Assembly: GCA_000320545.1 (NCBI GenBank) | Contig: ADNK01002609.1 | Coordinates: 1,645 to 65,644 of the forward strand | Length of the DNA stretch: 64,000 nucleotides | Origin: Bigelowiella natans CCMP2755 | Lineage: Eukaryota > Protista > Cercozoa | Direction: 5' to 3' | In this document: positions 25,022-37,869 of the stretch, in pieces | How positions within the stretch are numbered: the first letter of the stretch is position 1 | Layout: every line of letters starts with the position of its first letter | Position numbers and translations under genes: made by a program | Notes under the pieces: model-generated | What the model saw: only the letters and a program-made list of their open reading frames with translations | Told to the model about the DNA's origin: nothing | Database searches by the model: none

Positions 25022-26092
25022 TTTGAAAAGTCTCGATGCGATGTGGGTTTATTGCTAAACAGCATGCGCACTGCGACCGCGTGCGTGCATGTAGACCGCT
25101 AGATCGGTCAGGGTTTAGATTTGTTCTTTCATGTCATTCGAAACACAATCACAATCCTTGCAGCAGAAAAGCCAAATCATGCTGTGCATGTGCGTGAAGC
25201 GCAGCTATTGCATGTGAGGCCGTAGTGTAAAGGTTGTAGCAAATGAACATACCTGTAGATACGTGTGCAATGAGATAGCTAGCTAGCAAGGCGGATAAAT
25301 GATTCGATCATTCTGGAACATAAACCATTTGTTGCACATCGAGATCTAAAAGTCTAAAATTGCGCGCGTTGTTCATGCCGTTATTAGCAGTATTATTAAT
25401 TGTTGTTTTATTCATGCATGCACACGTGCAGCTAATCTAGCAACAAAGCTAGAAAGGCTTCACATGTAGACATTCAGACGAAATGCACAGAAGCTTGCTG
25501 CATCTAGTGCCAATGATCGTAGCTGCTGTTGCATGGTTTCCAATCGAATGAGTCCTCATCCTGTGTAGCTAGCTAGCTGTGCTAGTGTGTAATGTTGTGC
25601 ACAGTTCTGTGACAGCTACGCTTGCTTGCCGCACAAGGTCCACTAGCCATGGATGCAGCGGTAGACCGTGTCTAGATGTAGCGCCCATTGCACACATGCC
25701 GTAGTATACACACACACACGTACAGAAACACACACGTAAAATATTCAACATGCACATCGTGCATACATATAATGTAACATCACTACTTTATTAAGAGTTC
25801 AGGACGTGGTGCGAAAACAGTAACAATGTCTGGCTGGTGATGCATGGCCTGAATTTCTGTCAGGTATACAATGTTATCCGCTGTTTATGTGCGGTAATAG
25901 ATTTTTAATAGCTACGAATTGCAAGGCGTGTAGATCAACTTCATTCCCCTCAGAGTCCAACGGCGGTCAGCGGTGTTTCAGGCCATCAAGACTGCATCGT
26001 TTTCTTCACACGTGGCTGCCTAATGCAGCAAGGTGGAAGCGACGTCTGAGTAGCACGAACCCCTCCCCTCTCCTCCTCCTTCTCCTCCTCCC

Positions 26093-27844
26093 TTAAGAGT
26101 CGTCGAGCTTAATGTCCAAGAACACATCCGAGTTCTTAGAAACACCGAGTACATCGTTCATGAAGGACGTGGAGTTGTGAATACAGCTGCCTCCTAGAAT
26201 GATCTTCGGGCCTGAAGGCCCCGACGCTTTATTCATTTCTGAGACCAGAGCTGCCTCGGAGTATGTTGTCCCCCCGATAACGTACACGAACACCTTGTCC
26301 ATGTTTCTCCCCTGGCCGACCGCATCCATGAAGGGATAATCATTCATTCCCAGCTTGTTCTTGAGCAAGCTGTCTAAGACGGATGAGAGCAGTGGCTTGT
26401 ACCGGGTGTACACGTTTTCGATCTCGCTCAGGCCAGAGAAGGCGTTCTTCACCATGGAAAGGAACCCTCTGTTCCTGTAGAGGTCCCCCCCCCTTACCGA
26501 GGCGCCCGCGTACTTCACTATCTCATCGCTGAATCTAGCCATTCGCTTCTCCTCGATGGTTTTGGCTTGCTCCTTTAGAACAGAGCGGACAGTTGACATC
26601 TCGTTCCTGTGCTTCTCATATCTCAAATGATAGAGAGACGCCATGCAGACCTTCCTCACGAATGTGACGCTGGAATCCCCCAGCAATCTCATGATCTCCG
26701 TGATAGCCTTCGAGTGATCATGGTCACACGCGAGATTTTGCTCAGCCTCTGATACGGCCATAAGCTTTTCCTCCTTCACTTTGCGGTTCATCTCCACCAT
26801 CACAGCAACGTGCTTCGACACGTTGCCTTGGAATGTCTTCAGCTCTGGATATTGCTCCACGAATTTTTGCATATCCTGGATAGTCTCGATTTTTTGGTTC
26901 CCTTTTTTCGCTTTATATTGAGATACCAAGTCCTTGATCGCTTTGCCAAGGTCCCCGAAGTTGTAAGTGTACGTCTTGGCGAAGAATTCGTCCTGCGTAG
27001 TTGACATTACGACCTGCTTCATATCCGGCTTAATGTCTGGCACATTGCTCATATCAACTCGGTTGCTGTCAATGGTCAGTAGCTCGTGGACCATCGCTTG
27101 ATAAGTCCATTGCATAAGAAGAGGCGTGATGGGGTCCTCTCGTCGATCTAGGATAAGCAGCACCGGTTGATTTGAGTCTCGGAAATCAAACACTTCATTT
27201 TCTTCCTTCATCTTGCTCACAATTTCGATTGCCACGGCCTTACTCAGGGCTGATGCTTTCTGATAGCGCACAAGTGGCCTCTTTTTTTGGGATAAGAGCA
27301 TTGATATGAGTCCTTCTACATTCCTTTCTAGAACAGCATTGTCAGCTTTCGTCCAGTTCGATCGTCTCGTATACAAAGACCGGGTTGAAGATAGATTGCA
27401 GTGCCATGACTCAGGAGTGACCGCAAAAAAATCAGCATAGTATTCTTGAACTTGCTTCACGAGCTCGTAATCATCTGCAGCAGCAATTGTCTTCAACTGT
27501 GCATCCCCGACAAAATTTGTGAAAAAGAGGTGATACTCTTTGAACTTGGGCTTTTGGAGAGCTTGCTGCAGAGCAGATAAGCTGGAAGAAGATGGTCGCA
27601 GGAGGCAAACAGCCTTAAGGTGGTTCATTGGAGTCTTGGAAGGTTTGGAAGGTGAGTCAATCTGCTCCACGATGAATACCTGCTTGGCGATGATCTCTGT
27701 CTGTGATATCACAAGGGAAACCATCTTCATGGTGTCCTTATCCACCAAGAGTGCCTTCATTCCACTCAACCCAACAATCTTCTCAACATAGCGCTTGAAC
27801 GCATCAATGGCAGAGAAGGAGCTCTTGCCTTTGTGATCGCTCAT
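26093..27844 (-). CDS. VPS45: Sec1/Munc18 family vacuolar protein sorting 45 (intronless, 583 aa)
   Basis: GMKALLVD, HLKAVCLLRP, VKQVQEYYADF, LLILDRREDPITPLLMQWTYQAMVHELL, NFGDLG, GNVSKHV, ENVYTRYKPLL, VIGGTTYSEA, ILGGSCIHNS are typical Vps45 motifs. Confidence 0.93.
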   Translation of the reverse strand: MSDHKGKSSFSAIDAFKRYVEKIVGLSGMKALLVDKDTMKMVSLVISQTEIIAKQVFIVEQIDSPSKPSKTPMNHLKAVCLLRPSSSSLSALQQALQKPKFKEYHLFFTNFVGDAQLKTIAAADDYELVKQVQEYYADFFAVTPESWHCNLSSTRSLYTRRSNWTKADNAVLERNVEGLISMLLSQKKRPLVRYQKASALSKAVAIEIVSKMKEENEVFDFRDSNQPVLLILDRREDPITPLLMQWTYQAMVHELLTIDSNRVDMSNVPDIKPDMKQVVMSTTQDEFFAKTYTYNFGDLGKAIKDLVSQYKAKKGNQKIETIQDMQKFVEQYPELKTFQGNVSKHVAVMVEMNRKVKEEKLMAVSEAEQNLACDHDHSKAITEIMRLLGDSSVTFVRKVCMASLYHLRYEKHRNEMSTVRSVLKEQAKTIEEKRMARFSDEIVKYAGASVRGGDLYRNRGFLSMVKNAFSGLSEIENVYTRYKPLLSSVLDSLLKNKLGMNDYPFMDAVGQGRNMDKVFVYVIGGTTYSEAALVSEMNKASGPSGPKIILGGSCIHNSTSFMNDVLGVSKNSDVFLDIKLDDS

Positions 27845-28259
27845 TGCAGATGGTGAAGCGGAGCCCTCTTCGTTCTCTGTTGGCCTGTGTTTGGAAGTGA
27901 ATACCGGGTAGTGACAGTGAGGAGTTCGTTGTCGTCATCACTTTTTCAATGGGCGTAGTGAAGTTGAAGAATGCCAAAGAATTTAGGCTTTCTGCATTGC
28001 TTTGTTCGAAACAACTGCGCAAAATCCTGGAAATGTCATGAGCAAGCTCGCGCTTGATGTACTGTGGATGATCGAAGCTTGACAGCACTTGACTGGGTGT
28101 TTTTACCTTGAATGCGCCAGAGAGACTTTGTTCATTGTTCATTGAGACAGCGGTGCTTTTAAGCTGCAGCTTCCTTCGATTGACCTGAAAATTGTGATTT
28201 TTGTGTGTGAGCTTTTCAGTGCGTTTTCTAGTAAAAACAGATTTTTCATCAACAAATGT

Positions 28260-29800
28260 TCCAGATATACCTGGTTTTCCATGATTTCTTTTCGACATGA
28301 CGATGAGCGACTGAGAAGCTCCGACCAAAAGAACCAGTGGATTTTCTTCGGGTTTCCGGGGTACAAAGCACAGAAGTAAAGCTTCTCCTTCTTAAAGTAA
28401 CTTCTAAAGAAGGCAAAATCGCATCATCTTTCATGTGCTTTGCTATTTTACCCTAAAAAAAGTCGCAATCGCAAAGGAAAAAGAGTTGCTGTGAGAAAGG
28501 GAGGGAAAGTGCAAAGGCAGAAGCCATCATTTGATGCACCAGGTGTCGTGAGAAAACACGACCAGGTGAAGTTGCTACCCACCTGTCAGGGTCGCATAGT
28601 GTCGAGACCCCGCTTTCAGGGTCTTCACAGAAGAGGTGTGTGAAATAAAAGCTCTCTCTGAATTTCTGTTGGGTATCAAGATCTTGGAACTCGTGGGTGT
28701 CAAATCTTTGCTGTCGTTTTTCCAATAGGGGGTACGATAAGCACCAGCCATCCCTCCCCGCCAAGAGCACTGTTCTGGTCACTTTGATTGAGCCTTTGGG
28801 CAAAACAGGCTTACTGTTCAGAATCAAAACATGCGAAACATGGACGCTTCCTTGTTCTCGCCTCATTGTTGTGAATCGCCCTTTCAACTTGGGGACCCAT
28901 TCTCCAATTGGAGGGACAGTTCTCGAATGGAGGTTGAGAAGGAGGAAAAGATGAGCAACATGGATGCAAGCAGCATGATTGCAGATCTAAGTGTTAAGTT
29001 CCAAGCGAGAGTTGTTAAAGTCAAGAGCCGTTCAAGGTCGTCATCGGAAGGCTCCAAGCCCACAGTAGTTTTCAAAGACATCGTGCGCACTAGCAACAAC
29101 AAAACTATTGTAGTACTCGCTGGTGACGACGAAGAAGACGAGACTGCTTGGGTTAAGGGAAAACATATTGATGCCTATCCTCGGAAGTTTCAAGAATGGT
29201 TCAAGGTATAACCACAACTATTCCCTTTTGAAGTCAATCTAAAACTTTTTCCCTTTCGCAGAAATTCGTCCCGACTATTCGGCACAATTGCCGACCTCGC
29301 CAAATCAAAAAGTTCCGTCGGTTGTCGAAATGGTGCCGCAGTATGGTGAAGACTGGAAGCTGCTCTTTTGGTCAACTAACCTCCTTATTCTAATTTCTGA
29401 ACAGATACCTTACTTTTGATTCTTGGTTTCAGGCGTGAAATGCAACTTCTGCCACCACTTTACAGAATTTTCTCCAATGCGATGCGAAAATGACGGAAAA
29501 TGTGAAGACCCAGAGTGTTGGTATATGCATTCAGTCGAGGTCTGTCAGTAGCAAGCCGGAAATTTTATGCAGGTGAGCTTTCTCTTCCTTGCTTTTCTAA
29601 GAGCGATTGTACCCAATTAGTACTGTTCAGGTTCAACTTCGCCAATTATATGCGATTACGAACGAGCCTTCCACCCCACCTCTCAATGGAGCACCCATGA
29701 AATCGGAAGGCAAGTCTAAGGGTACTCCAACTAAAATCCGAAACCAACTCATGGACTACAGACTTCCGGATAGATCCTTTTCGCCGACGCGCTTGAGATA
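28260..29800 (+). CDS. Hypothetical spliced protein (boundaries uncertain)
   Basis: Consecutive plus-strand coding-like segments (28440-28643, 28697-28954, 28831-29211) with GT donors. Divergent from VPS45. No domain recognised. Confidence 0.3.
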
Positions 29801-31151
29801 TTGATTGAAATTAATTGCCGATTTTTAACTAGAATCAGCGAGTGTCATGTGCAACGGTGACTACTCTAGCCAGTGTATGCCCTCTTTCTTATCTTGCAGC
29901 AATGAGATAAGATGAAGAATTTGCCCGTAACATATCGGCCGCTGGATAATTTTCCTTGTTGCATTTCAAAGTGTCATCATGAAATGAGGTTCATGTTCGG
30001 AATTTGTTGGAAATCAGGAAAGATGCTTTGTTAATCATTTATTGTAATCCTTAATACGTACATTCTATGTCGTGTGCATGTAATTTATAATGCTTTACCC
30101 ATCGTCCTTCGTCACGAAGAAAAGAAAGAAATCTGGTTATATAACTTCGATATTATCTCAAGAATGTAGCCGTTCTTTTTTTATTAAATGTTTTAGTCTT
30201 TAATGTTAATGTTCGCCTTCGTGCTTGTCTAGAAACGCAGTACGCGTCCAATTGTTTAATCGATTTAGTTATGAGTACTGGTAGTTCGGATTTAATCAGA
30301 GCAATTTAAGATACATCGACATTCAGAAAGGTGTATGAAAAATCTTTTGGAGTAATGTATGATTAATAATATCAATAAGATAGTTAAGGTATCATTAAAC
30401 CCAATTTACTGGCGTGGCCTTTTTCACCTGGTGACTTGATGGCATGTAATTATGTCGGTCTTTATTTAAGTGCGCAAGATTGTGCCTGTACAGCAATATA
30501 TCATGATAGTAACATGCGATTTATTAAACAAGTAGACATACGTGATGCCACTGTTACTGAACTAGTGAACATGCCACCCATGCAGTCAAAAGCGCGAACG
30601 ATTGAGTATAGCATGACGCATAATGGATCCGAATAATTGATAGCAAAAAGCAACAACTCCAGAACTGTCCGTTATGACAGTTTTGACACTAAACCAATAA
30701 ATGCCAAGATCATCAAGCTAGCATGCAAGCTAGAAAGAACTAGAGAAACTCGATCATTGCATGCTAGCATGCTCTGCATTCATGCATTCGATGCTCTAGA
30801 TGCCGCTGGGCGGACTAATGCTGGCTGGAGGTCATCATGTTGCGACGTGAGTTCGTGCGATCATGCTAGCATGTGGATTCATGCGCTATATGCGAGCTAT
30901 CTAGTGCTGTCGTACAAAATTAAATAAACATAGATGGATGGGCGCGCGTGCTGTGCACCCGCATGTCTACATGTGCAGGCTGTCTAGCTGTCTAGCTGTG
31001 TGTTGGCATGGATGAACATGACAGTCGCATGGGGGGCTGTCAGCTACCACAATGAGCAATTGCGCTTCTATGAGCTTTTCACGTACAAGTCAGCCTTGAT
31101 TATGTCCAGATGTGTGTTAGGCAGCGCGATGTGCGTGTGTGCAAGATGCTA

Positions 31152-33303
31152 CTACGACAGGAAATCCTCCAGCGTGACCACATCCAAAACGTCTTCTGGA
31201 GCGATCTTATTGCCGGTTCCATCCTCACCGCCACTGCCCTGTGTGGTACCGCCGGTATTGCGACTGTTGATCATGACCTCGAATTTCTCCATCTCCGAGA
31301 CGACTCGCTCATCTATGCCTTTTGATGTATCAATCGTACCACCGTCAAAATCACCAACGAATCGTCGTTCGGAAAGAGAAGATATGGTAAAATGAGTGGG
31401 ATGGGGGGCGGGACAGAATAAAACCAGATATAAAAGACTATTTCCCGCAACCGTAATGGAGCAACGTTGGAATATTCACAGTATATTACATACGTTCACC
31501 TGAAGCTGTGAGTGCACGGCCTGCTTTCAACGCAGATACGCGTTTAGTTTTCTCATCAGTATAAAACAGCAGGGTAAGGCCATACCTGAAAACAGCAGCC
31601 GCACCACCACGAGCAGCATCATGATTATGATAATGATGATGATGATGATGATAATGATGATGATGGCGATGGTGATAAAAATGGGGGTGACATTGACAAT
31701 CACGATGACGACGATGAAGACAACTACGGCGTGTAGCAGCGAAATGGCATTTGCTGTATTTCCGTAGCGACAAAGAGAATGCATGTTCCTCTCATTCTCA
31801 CCATGGGGTCCTTTGGTTTTTCTTCGCCACCATGATCGCAGGACGCCCGAGGATGGTTCCTCCAGCGGTACTCATCACGTCCAAGTGCCGCAGGCAGTCG
31901 CACAAACGCGCCTAAGGTGATTGATTAGATCATTCAGTGATTTTGTAGCGGTGTCAGGAGAAATGAAGGAGAGAGAAAGGGGGGATGAGAGTGGGAGAAA
32001 CAACGAAGAAAAACGGTCAGGATGACATATTCATAATCATCATCATCATCATCATCATCATCATTGTTATTGTTATTGCTGTTAAGAAGGTATCGACGTT
32101 ACATAAAGAACAGCACCATGTCGCGTATTCTCTCCAAAGCCGGTGAGGTTTGGCGGCTGTCCCCCACATCAGGCACGAGCGGGTTGCTACCGAACGCACC
32201 GAGCGCTTGCTCGTATTGCGAAAACCGACCCATGACCTCAGTCTTTGTCAGCTGCAATCATGCGGTAGCGGCAGCAAGAACAGCAACAACATCAGCAGTA
32301 TCAGTACAACACAGAACGACCGGTAGAGCCTTCCATAAGACCCATCAAAAGGCTAGTGGATCAGTGGGGAGAGAGGAAGGAGGAGAAGACTTTAGCAAGC
32401 GCCAATCATCATCATCATCGTCATCACCGTCATCAACATCATCACCTTTGACCAGTCCGAGTGCATCCTCACCAACCCCTTCACCACAACGCGGGCAAAG
32501 ACACCCAAGCGATCGATGAGCCTGGAGAAGGTCACATCCGCTTCAAACGGGCTGCTGTCCTTCACAGAGAGGAATTCGCCTACTATCTCCAGCACGACGA
32601 AAGCGCCCATCGCCTCCCTCTTGTCTAGCACGCCGAGATCTCCCGCGCGCTTGCTCACTTGCTGTCGCATCCAATTGACGTCCTCGAATAGCGCCATGAG
32701 CACCTTACTGCTGCTGGGGTCATATTCATTACCGCCCCTCCCCGCGCCAGCGGTGGCACGAGAGTTGCCGCTGCCCCCCCCCCCCCGATCCTTGAGCAAG
32801 GAGAGAAATCCGGAGGTGACCGTCGTCATGATGTCGCTCTGCTGGAGCTTGGGAGACATGTAGGCGAGGTGCCGAGTATAAGCGTCGATGGACGAGTAGA
32901 TCAGCGCGGAGGACAAGTAGCCTATCCCACGCTCCCACGATATAGCCGTCTCGACGTCGGCAATGGCCTCCTGCCACCACCGCACGATCTGGCCGCATGG
33001 GTGCTGCTGTTGCTGCTGCTGGCCATCGTTTTCCTTGGCGTGTTGTTGCCACTTCTTGGTGAAGAGCGCACCGAAGCAATCCTGCTTGAGCTCTCTCACC
33101 CAGTAGTCAGCCAGGACGCCGCATGCTGCACGAGCGATAGCGTCAAACCCCGCGCTAAGCTTTTCTTGCATTCCGCGGAGATTCAGCGCCATCTCGCTGC
33201 GAAAGGGGGAGAAATGTCATTTACTGAACGCGCGCGCGCGCACACACACACACACACACACATACACACCTAAAAGATCGGCCATCATCACCATATTCAT
33301 CAT

Positions 33304-33335
<32 letters not shown>

Positions 33336-35955
33336 TATCATAATGTCGCTACCTTCTCTGGGACTCCTGATTCCTCAATAATCGCACTTTCATATCGTCA
33401 AAGAGCTGTTCCAGGCACTCCGTGTAATGGCGACAAGACGCAATAACCGCAATCACGTACTCTTCATTGAGCTCCGGCTTAGTACCAGCTTCTCCACCTT
33501 TTTTGCCTTCGGAGACGTGGTGAAGGCCGGCAACAGGAGAGCAAGCATCGTCTTTGACGAGACTGATGAATTTTATAAAGAGACGAAAGATAATGATGAT
33601 TGTATTGATGATGATGATACTGATGATGACGATAGTGATGATGATGATAATGATGATGATGATAATGATGATAAGGACGATAGCAATGATAACGATAATG
33701 ATAATGATGATGATGACGATGACGATGGTGATGATCGTGAAAAGAGAAGGATACGAATGGTGGTGGTTACATCTACTTGTAAACTCTTTCAATAAGACGA
33801 GTACATAGGGAAAACAACAGATTGTGACGGTTGGATGGCATGAATCATACAGGAAACGAGAACAACAAAAACAACAAGAACAGGGTGAGTACGATCAACA
33901 AGACCCCCAAACCCCCAAGTTTCATCATCCAAAAGGCAACACGAAGGGATCGCAACCACCACCACCACACCAAACCATAAGTAAACACGCGCTCTACGCC
34001 TCCCAACAAAGTGATAGCATGGGGAAGATGAAGGGGTGGAACGAACCTTATCCCGCCAACATCGTGAGGGCCGTGTGAGATCATGTGCGCGGAGAATCTA
34101 CGACTGCTCCAGAAAGCACGTGCCTTCATCTTCTTCTTCTTACCCCCACTGCTACCGTTGCCGCTGTCAAACTTGCTGTCCCCCCCCCTTCGCTCAACGG
34201 CGGAGTCGTGTTTGTTGAAGTGCACACACCTCAGTTTATGGCGGAAGAGCGACTGGAAGTAGGCGATGAGGCCTTGCTCGAATTGAGCAAGCTCAAGCAC
34301 AGCAACCCCCTCGATGTGAGGCAGCAGCCCTCCAACATGACTCCTGAAGAAGGCCGTTGTATAACGTCAACGAACACACTGAACAGCAGCAAGGAAAGAA
34401 GAAGCAAAGCGCGGCACCGTAAGACTGTGAATAAATCGCGCGGTCCGTTGGTTTCAAAACGGCCGTTTTCCCTGAGAATGGGCGCCTCGAGGGATATCTG
34501 GCAGAACACGCGCTCAATCACCAGACGGAGCGACTTCTCACAGTTTAAGCAGAAGTGCCTGGTTGGGTTGCAGCACCACCATCAAAGCAGGGGAGGAGGA
34601 AGGGGGGGGGGGGGAAGGAGGAGGATGCTGCGTGATGATGGCGATAACGAAGATGCTGATGATCTTGGCGAAGGAAGATAAAGGGAGAAGCCATAGCTCA
34701 GTAACCACCTAATAATCGGTAGCTTCATGACTGTTAACTCCTTAGCGACTTTGCCACCGTATTTGGGCCACAGGCGTATGAAGAGAGATAGAACACCTAA
34801 GACGAGTTTCTGAAGGGATCGAAAGAGCTCTTATTAGCCCGATTTTTGTCCGAATTGTAACTGTGCGTGAGTGTGTGCGTTTTCCGGATGCTAAGCATTG
34901 CTTTTGTTGTTGTCGTTGTAGCTACTGATGAAGCTACGTCTGGTGTTCTCTGTCCTCTCCCAAAATTCCCCCCCCCCCCCCCCCCCTCATCTTTCTCCCA
35001 GCTTCTAAGAAGATAATCACACTTACAAAGTCCTTCTGCTGCATGGATGTGAATGCCTCGAAGATACGCATGCAGCTGTTGACGATAACTGCATTTGCAG
35101 GACCTTCCACAAGCGCGCTAGTCTAAGAATCGAGGGTGGAAGAACAGAGAGGAGAAAAGTGAGAGGAGGAGGAGGAGGAGGAGGAGGTGGAGGAGAGGGA
35201 GGAGGAGAATCATGTTGAAGAGGCAATGATGAGTGTGATGGCTTATGTTTATGTTGGCTATTTTTCCTATGTTACAACATAATTAACGGTGTTGGTGATG
35301 ACGATGATTGCCACCAGGATCTCGTGGTGAGGATGACACGCTCCCTACACTACCAACGATGATGCACAGCTAAGAAAAGGACAAACTCAACATGGCCATA
35401 GCCAACACACCACACGACACCTTGTTTTTGAAGAACTTTGGATGGCTCTCGAATCGAGACTGCACGCCCTTCAAGAACTTCTCGATTTTCTTTAGCCGTC
35501 TACGAGCCCACGAGAGCTGCGAGTCGGCCGCACCGCCCTCCTTATCGACGCTTCCACCACCACCACCACCACCATTTTTATTCTTGTTCTCCTTTGCATC
35601 CTCTACCCTGATCTCCTCGACGAAATTCACGAAGTAGCGCCCAGCTTCTGCGAGAGCCCTCTCCAGCATTTTCCTAAGGAAAAAAATTTACATGTTTCAT
35701 TGAAGGCGGAGACATTAGCATTATGGTCCCTTTTGCTCGCTCCCCCCCCCCTCCCCCCCCCCCCCTCCAACCAATCTCTTTCACCGTCTGAGAATAGATT
35801 TGCTTTCGACCTTCTCTCTTCCGCACGGCGTTTACGTTCTTCCTCCTGCAGTCGTGCCAAGTGCTGCGGAGCAGAGAAGTAGTGGGTTTATCGTAACATG
35901 CACGTATGCGGATGCTATATTTAACACATTACATCTCAACTGAGCTGACAATCAC

Positions 35956-35990
<35 letters not shown>

Positions 35991-36114
35991 TGGGCAATTC
36001 CACGTTGCTTTGACTCGAATATAGCCTTCATGATCTCCCTCCAGATCGATGTTGAGGTTCTCTTGAAAAACGAAGGGAGAGGGGGAAAGACAGCAATATT
36101 AAAAATATATATTT

Positions 36115-36166
<52 letters not shown>

Positions 36167-37047
36167 TATTTTGCAGCAGCCATTAATGTATCGGCTTTTA
36201 TGACCCTTCCATAATCCCCCGCTCCCCCCACCCCTTCGTTTGCCAACATCGTTTCTCTATTGCTCCTACGTTCTATTCCAGCAGGATCCAGAATTTTGGT
36301 ATCTAGATGGCCTCCAGACTGACACATTATTTCATGATGAGGGTGAGGTACATAGGTAGGAAGGTGGAGGAGGAGGAGGAGAGGTAAAACCAAGAGGCAT
36401 CGATCAATCAACATCCTACCAGGTTCTTTGCTTTTCCAACCGATGTCTTCCTTACCACGAAGATATCGATCTGAGCGTGCAAGGTACGACACGTATCGGT
36501 ACATATAGTCTAATGAACAACAAGCTTGCAGGAGATGGCCCCGGTGACATTGCATTGACATCGAGCAGTTTTCGAGGATGTTAAAGCAACAGGCAAATTG
36601 TGCACGGTGACCCTATTCCCCCCTCTCCCATCCCTACCCGGCGCTTGAAATTGCACAACGAGGTTACATACTTTCGGCCGATGCGAGGTGATATGACTCA
36701 GTTCCAGCGTTTCGTTCCACAGAGCGACACCGGCATCAGAGGGGTCTACCTCATCTGTCCTCGCCTTTAGCCTCACATCGCCGTCCCATACAATCAACTA
36801 TTTGATATACCAAGGAAAGGGGGCGAAACAAGAATGAGAGATGAAACCAGGAGGAACTGATAGGAGAGCGGTGGACGGAAAGAAGGGCGGGGTAAGCACT
36901 AAAATAGACAATCAGCTCAGAAACAACAGGCACAACAACATCCGTCGGGGTAGTTCACATGTTTCGGATGAATGAAGCTGCCGCGAAAGCCTGTCGCTAC
37001 ACGTCTTTATCATCATCGTTAAAGGCAGAGCGGACATGTGTATGTGG

Positions 37048-37079
<32 letters not shown>

Positions 37080-37326
37080 AGAAGAAGAAGAAGAAGAAGC
37101 AGCAGCCGTGACCTTGACGTAGGCTCTCCTCACTGACTTCTTCTTTGATGACCTGGAAACCCCTCTTGCGGATATAACCTAATTTGTAGGCATACTCCTA
37201 ATCAGGCTTTGATACTTAAGGTGGTCTAGTACCAGTTTCTAATTTTCCCGGCGAAGCTACTTCCACGTCGGTGGGAGATGTTCTTACCTCAACTTTCAAC
37301 TTGTTCTTCGATTTGTTCCCGCTCAT
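31152..37326 (-). CDS. Exocyst Sec6/EXOC3-like protein with an N-terminal C2-like domain, multi-exon
   Basis: Start MSGNKSKNKLKVE|gtaag at 37326. C2-like exon VRLKARTDEV..ALWNETLEL (36510-36797). Sec6-like blocks: APILRENGRFETNGPRDLFTVL, EEYVIAVIASCRHYTECLEQL, AGFDAIARAACGVLADYWVRELKQDCFGALFTKKW, VVKGLVRMHSDWSK. Last exon ..VVTLEDFLS-TAG ends 31152. Confidence 0.55.
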
Positions 37327-37869
37327 GGTGCAAGCTCACCACGAGCTTTGAAAAGAGTTCAAGCAAATGAGGGGGGGGATCCCGAAGGGAATGGAACAAA
37401 CGCAAACGACTAAACGAGGGGGGGAACTTCCGAGTGAGACTCCCGCTTCCCAAGATGGTATTTTGTGCGGGGAATATCCTAAATCCCCACCAAAGGACTC
37501 TTTTAGTAACTGCGACTAAATTCATTCATTGTCGCATGCGAAAAAAAAAACATTCTGGGCGATGCTCACAGAAAAAAGAAGGGGAACTACGGAGTCCCGA
37601 TATGCTTTCGGTTCCTGTCGCAGCGACAGTGTGACCTGGTGCCAGAGCGCGAAGAATGCATAGGTTTCATTACGGGAAATATTTTAGGCCAGAAACATCT
37701 TACGCGTATGCTGCGATCTTCTAGATGGCAGAGCCAGTCGTCTGCTCATTCTCGAAAAAAAAAATTTAAATTATTTTGGATATTTTCGGTAGTATTGAAC
37801 GACCAATTCTGATAATTGACCGCAATTGGCAGAACGCTCAAGGACGTCGTCGCCAGAGTAGCCCTAACA

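Noticed and set aside
33349-33808. Poly-Ile, poly-Asp and poly-Met ORFs resembling TM or acidic proteins
   Set aside because: Translations of an intronic (GAT/ATC)n microsatellite in the Sec6-like gene. The same applies to the YIYI, LSLS, CVCV and HTHT ORFs throughout.
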